Notes under the pieces: model-generated
What the model saw: the letters and a program-made list of their open reading frames with translations, nothing else
Databases searched by the model: none
What the model was told of the DNA's origin: nothing
From: Octopus sinensis
Taxonomy: Eukaryota
Assembly: GCF_006345805.1 (NCBI RefSeq)
Contig: NC_043000.1
Span: forward strand, 114,576,001 to 114,640,000
Length of the DNA: 64,000 nucleotides
Reading direction: 5' to 3'
Shown here: piece after piece, positions 62,531-64,000 of the stretch
Position numbering within the stretch: the stretch's first letter is position 1
Layout: every line of letters starts with the position of its first letter
Made by a program: the position numbers and the translations under genes

Positions 62531-62809
62531 ATAGACGTCGTTAATCCTCTTTTTCAGTCTAACCTCTTTATTTACGCCACAAGAGAACGTTGTGTGGTTG
62601 AACGACGTAGTATACAAATACCGAAGGATTGCCGAGAATAATGTTGATTTCTTACATATCCTTCTAAACAACAAATAATTTAATCATTCTAATGACGTTT
62701 TTATAACAGAGTACCGGACCAACGATCCGGCAAGCAGGAGAAGTGGGGACAGGAAATGTCCTGGAGCTTCGGATCTTCTGGTTTTTTAGAGGCATTGAAA
62801 AAATATATA

Positions 62810-63090
62810 TTCTTTTTATTTATCTCAGTCATTCGACTGCGGCCATGTTGGAGCACCGTCTTAAAGGGCTTTTTCTTTAGTCGAAGAAATCGACCCCAGG
62901 ACTTATTATTTGTAAGCCTAGTACTTATTCTATTAGTCTCGTTTGCCAAAACGCTAAGTTATAAGAACGTAAACACACCAACATCGGTTGTCAAGCGATG
63001 GTGGAGGGACAAACACAGACACACACATAAATATATGCATACACACACACACATATATGTCACATGCTTCTTTCAATTTCCGTCTACAAG
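62810..63090 (-). mobile_element. SINE family 2, partial; another tail fragment at about 61450-61562
   Basis: Reverse complement of the family 2 tail and internal microsatellite. Confidence 0.8.
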
Positions 63091-63414
63091 GACATAATTT
63101 GTTTTTAATGGTTTTATGACAAGCACAATGTAACGTAGTTGGCAAAATCTTTTAATTGTAAATCAACAACAGCCTTCCAAGATACATTTTTGAATATACA
63201 TTTAAAGTATATAATACAAGCTGTACTATATAAAGACTCCGCAGTGTGTACCAATTCAGCAGATTTTTAACGGGAAATAGTATGACTAAATGTTCATTGT
63301 CCACTTAGCACTTAAGCATGAGAAACCCCGCTGAATTATTTGAAATATATTTGACTGCCATTCCAATCTACCTTGGAGGCTGCAATTCAAGTTTAACCCT
63401 GAAAATGGGACTCC

Positions 63415-63494
<80 letters not shown>

Positions 63495-63566
63495 TATATA
63501 TATTTCTTGATTCGCTATGGTCTTACCACTAAGAAAGGAATGTTCTCAAGAAAAATGTGACCGCGT

Positions 63567-63738
63567 GTGTACCGTTGGCGATTTTTTCCTCCGTCTTCCC
63601 TTCTTTGGACCTTTCCTTTTCCTATGTTTCTGACGAAGAGCTCCGCTCGAAACGTTAAAACCTTCTTCTTTCCTGAGCGTCCAATAATGCTATACTTGTT
63701 CCACGTCCTCGCGTTGTGTTTTCATGTTTGGATTAACT

Positions 63739-63787
<49 letters not shown>

Positions 63788-63970
63788 GGAGAATTTACAA
63801 AAAAAAAACAAAAGACGAAGACAGGTGGTGTAGACAACAAACACAGATGTATTAGTTAACGCTCGGGAAGTGAAAAAGTAGTTAACGTTTCGAGCCTACG
63901 CTCTTCCATAGAAAGGAACACGGAAAGAAACAAGGAGAGAAAATAAGGAATGTGTAGTGGCTAGCGATCT
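63567..63970. mobile_element. Two Penelope-terminus-like repeats in inverted orientation around (TA)n
   Basis: The plus copy has TTT-CTGACGAA-GAGCtccGCTC-GAAA-CGTT-AAA (63627-63659). The minus copy (about 63880-63915) has the degenerate core CTATGGAA. Confidence 0.6.
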
Positions 63971-64000
63971 GTGTGTGTGTGGTGTGTGTACATACATACA

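Overview
Eukaryotic, microsatellite-saturated animal DNA. It is most likely a coleoid cephalopod (Octopus-like), inferred from the SINE families, the (TA)n/(TACA)n load and an HTGEK-type C2H2 remnant. The only host gene I can support is a minus-strand ciliary coiled-coil gene resembling CFAP210/CCDC173: five phase-compatible GT-AG exons between 17710 and 1210, continuing off the left edge. The rest is mobile DNA: two Ty3/Gypsy 5' remnants with tRNA-Ser-type primer sites, CR1, RTE, L1/Tx1, R4/Dong and HERO-like LINE pieces, Penelope GIY-YIG pieces, a mariner derivative, several MITEs and at least four tRNA-derived SINE families. Most interesting signals: (1) several Penelope-type minimal hammerhead-ribozyme folds, three with an unusual CUGUUGA core; (2) modular SINE arrays of the form head-(body+tailA)n-body+tailB, suggesting a SINE that inserts into its own relatives; (3) two RTE families whose ORF ends in three tandem C2H2 fingers; (4) a long-TIR MITE carrying paired CTCF-like motifs; (5) a 549-bp palindrome linked to an exact 150-bp direct repeat. 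Family names come from motif recall, not database searches. Repeat boundaries are approximate unless exact motifs are quoted.
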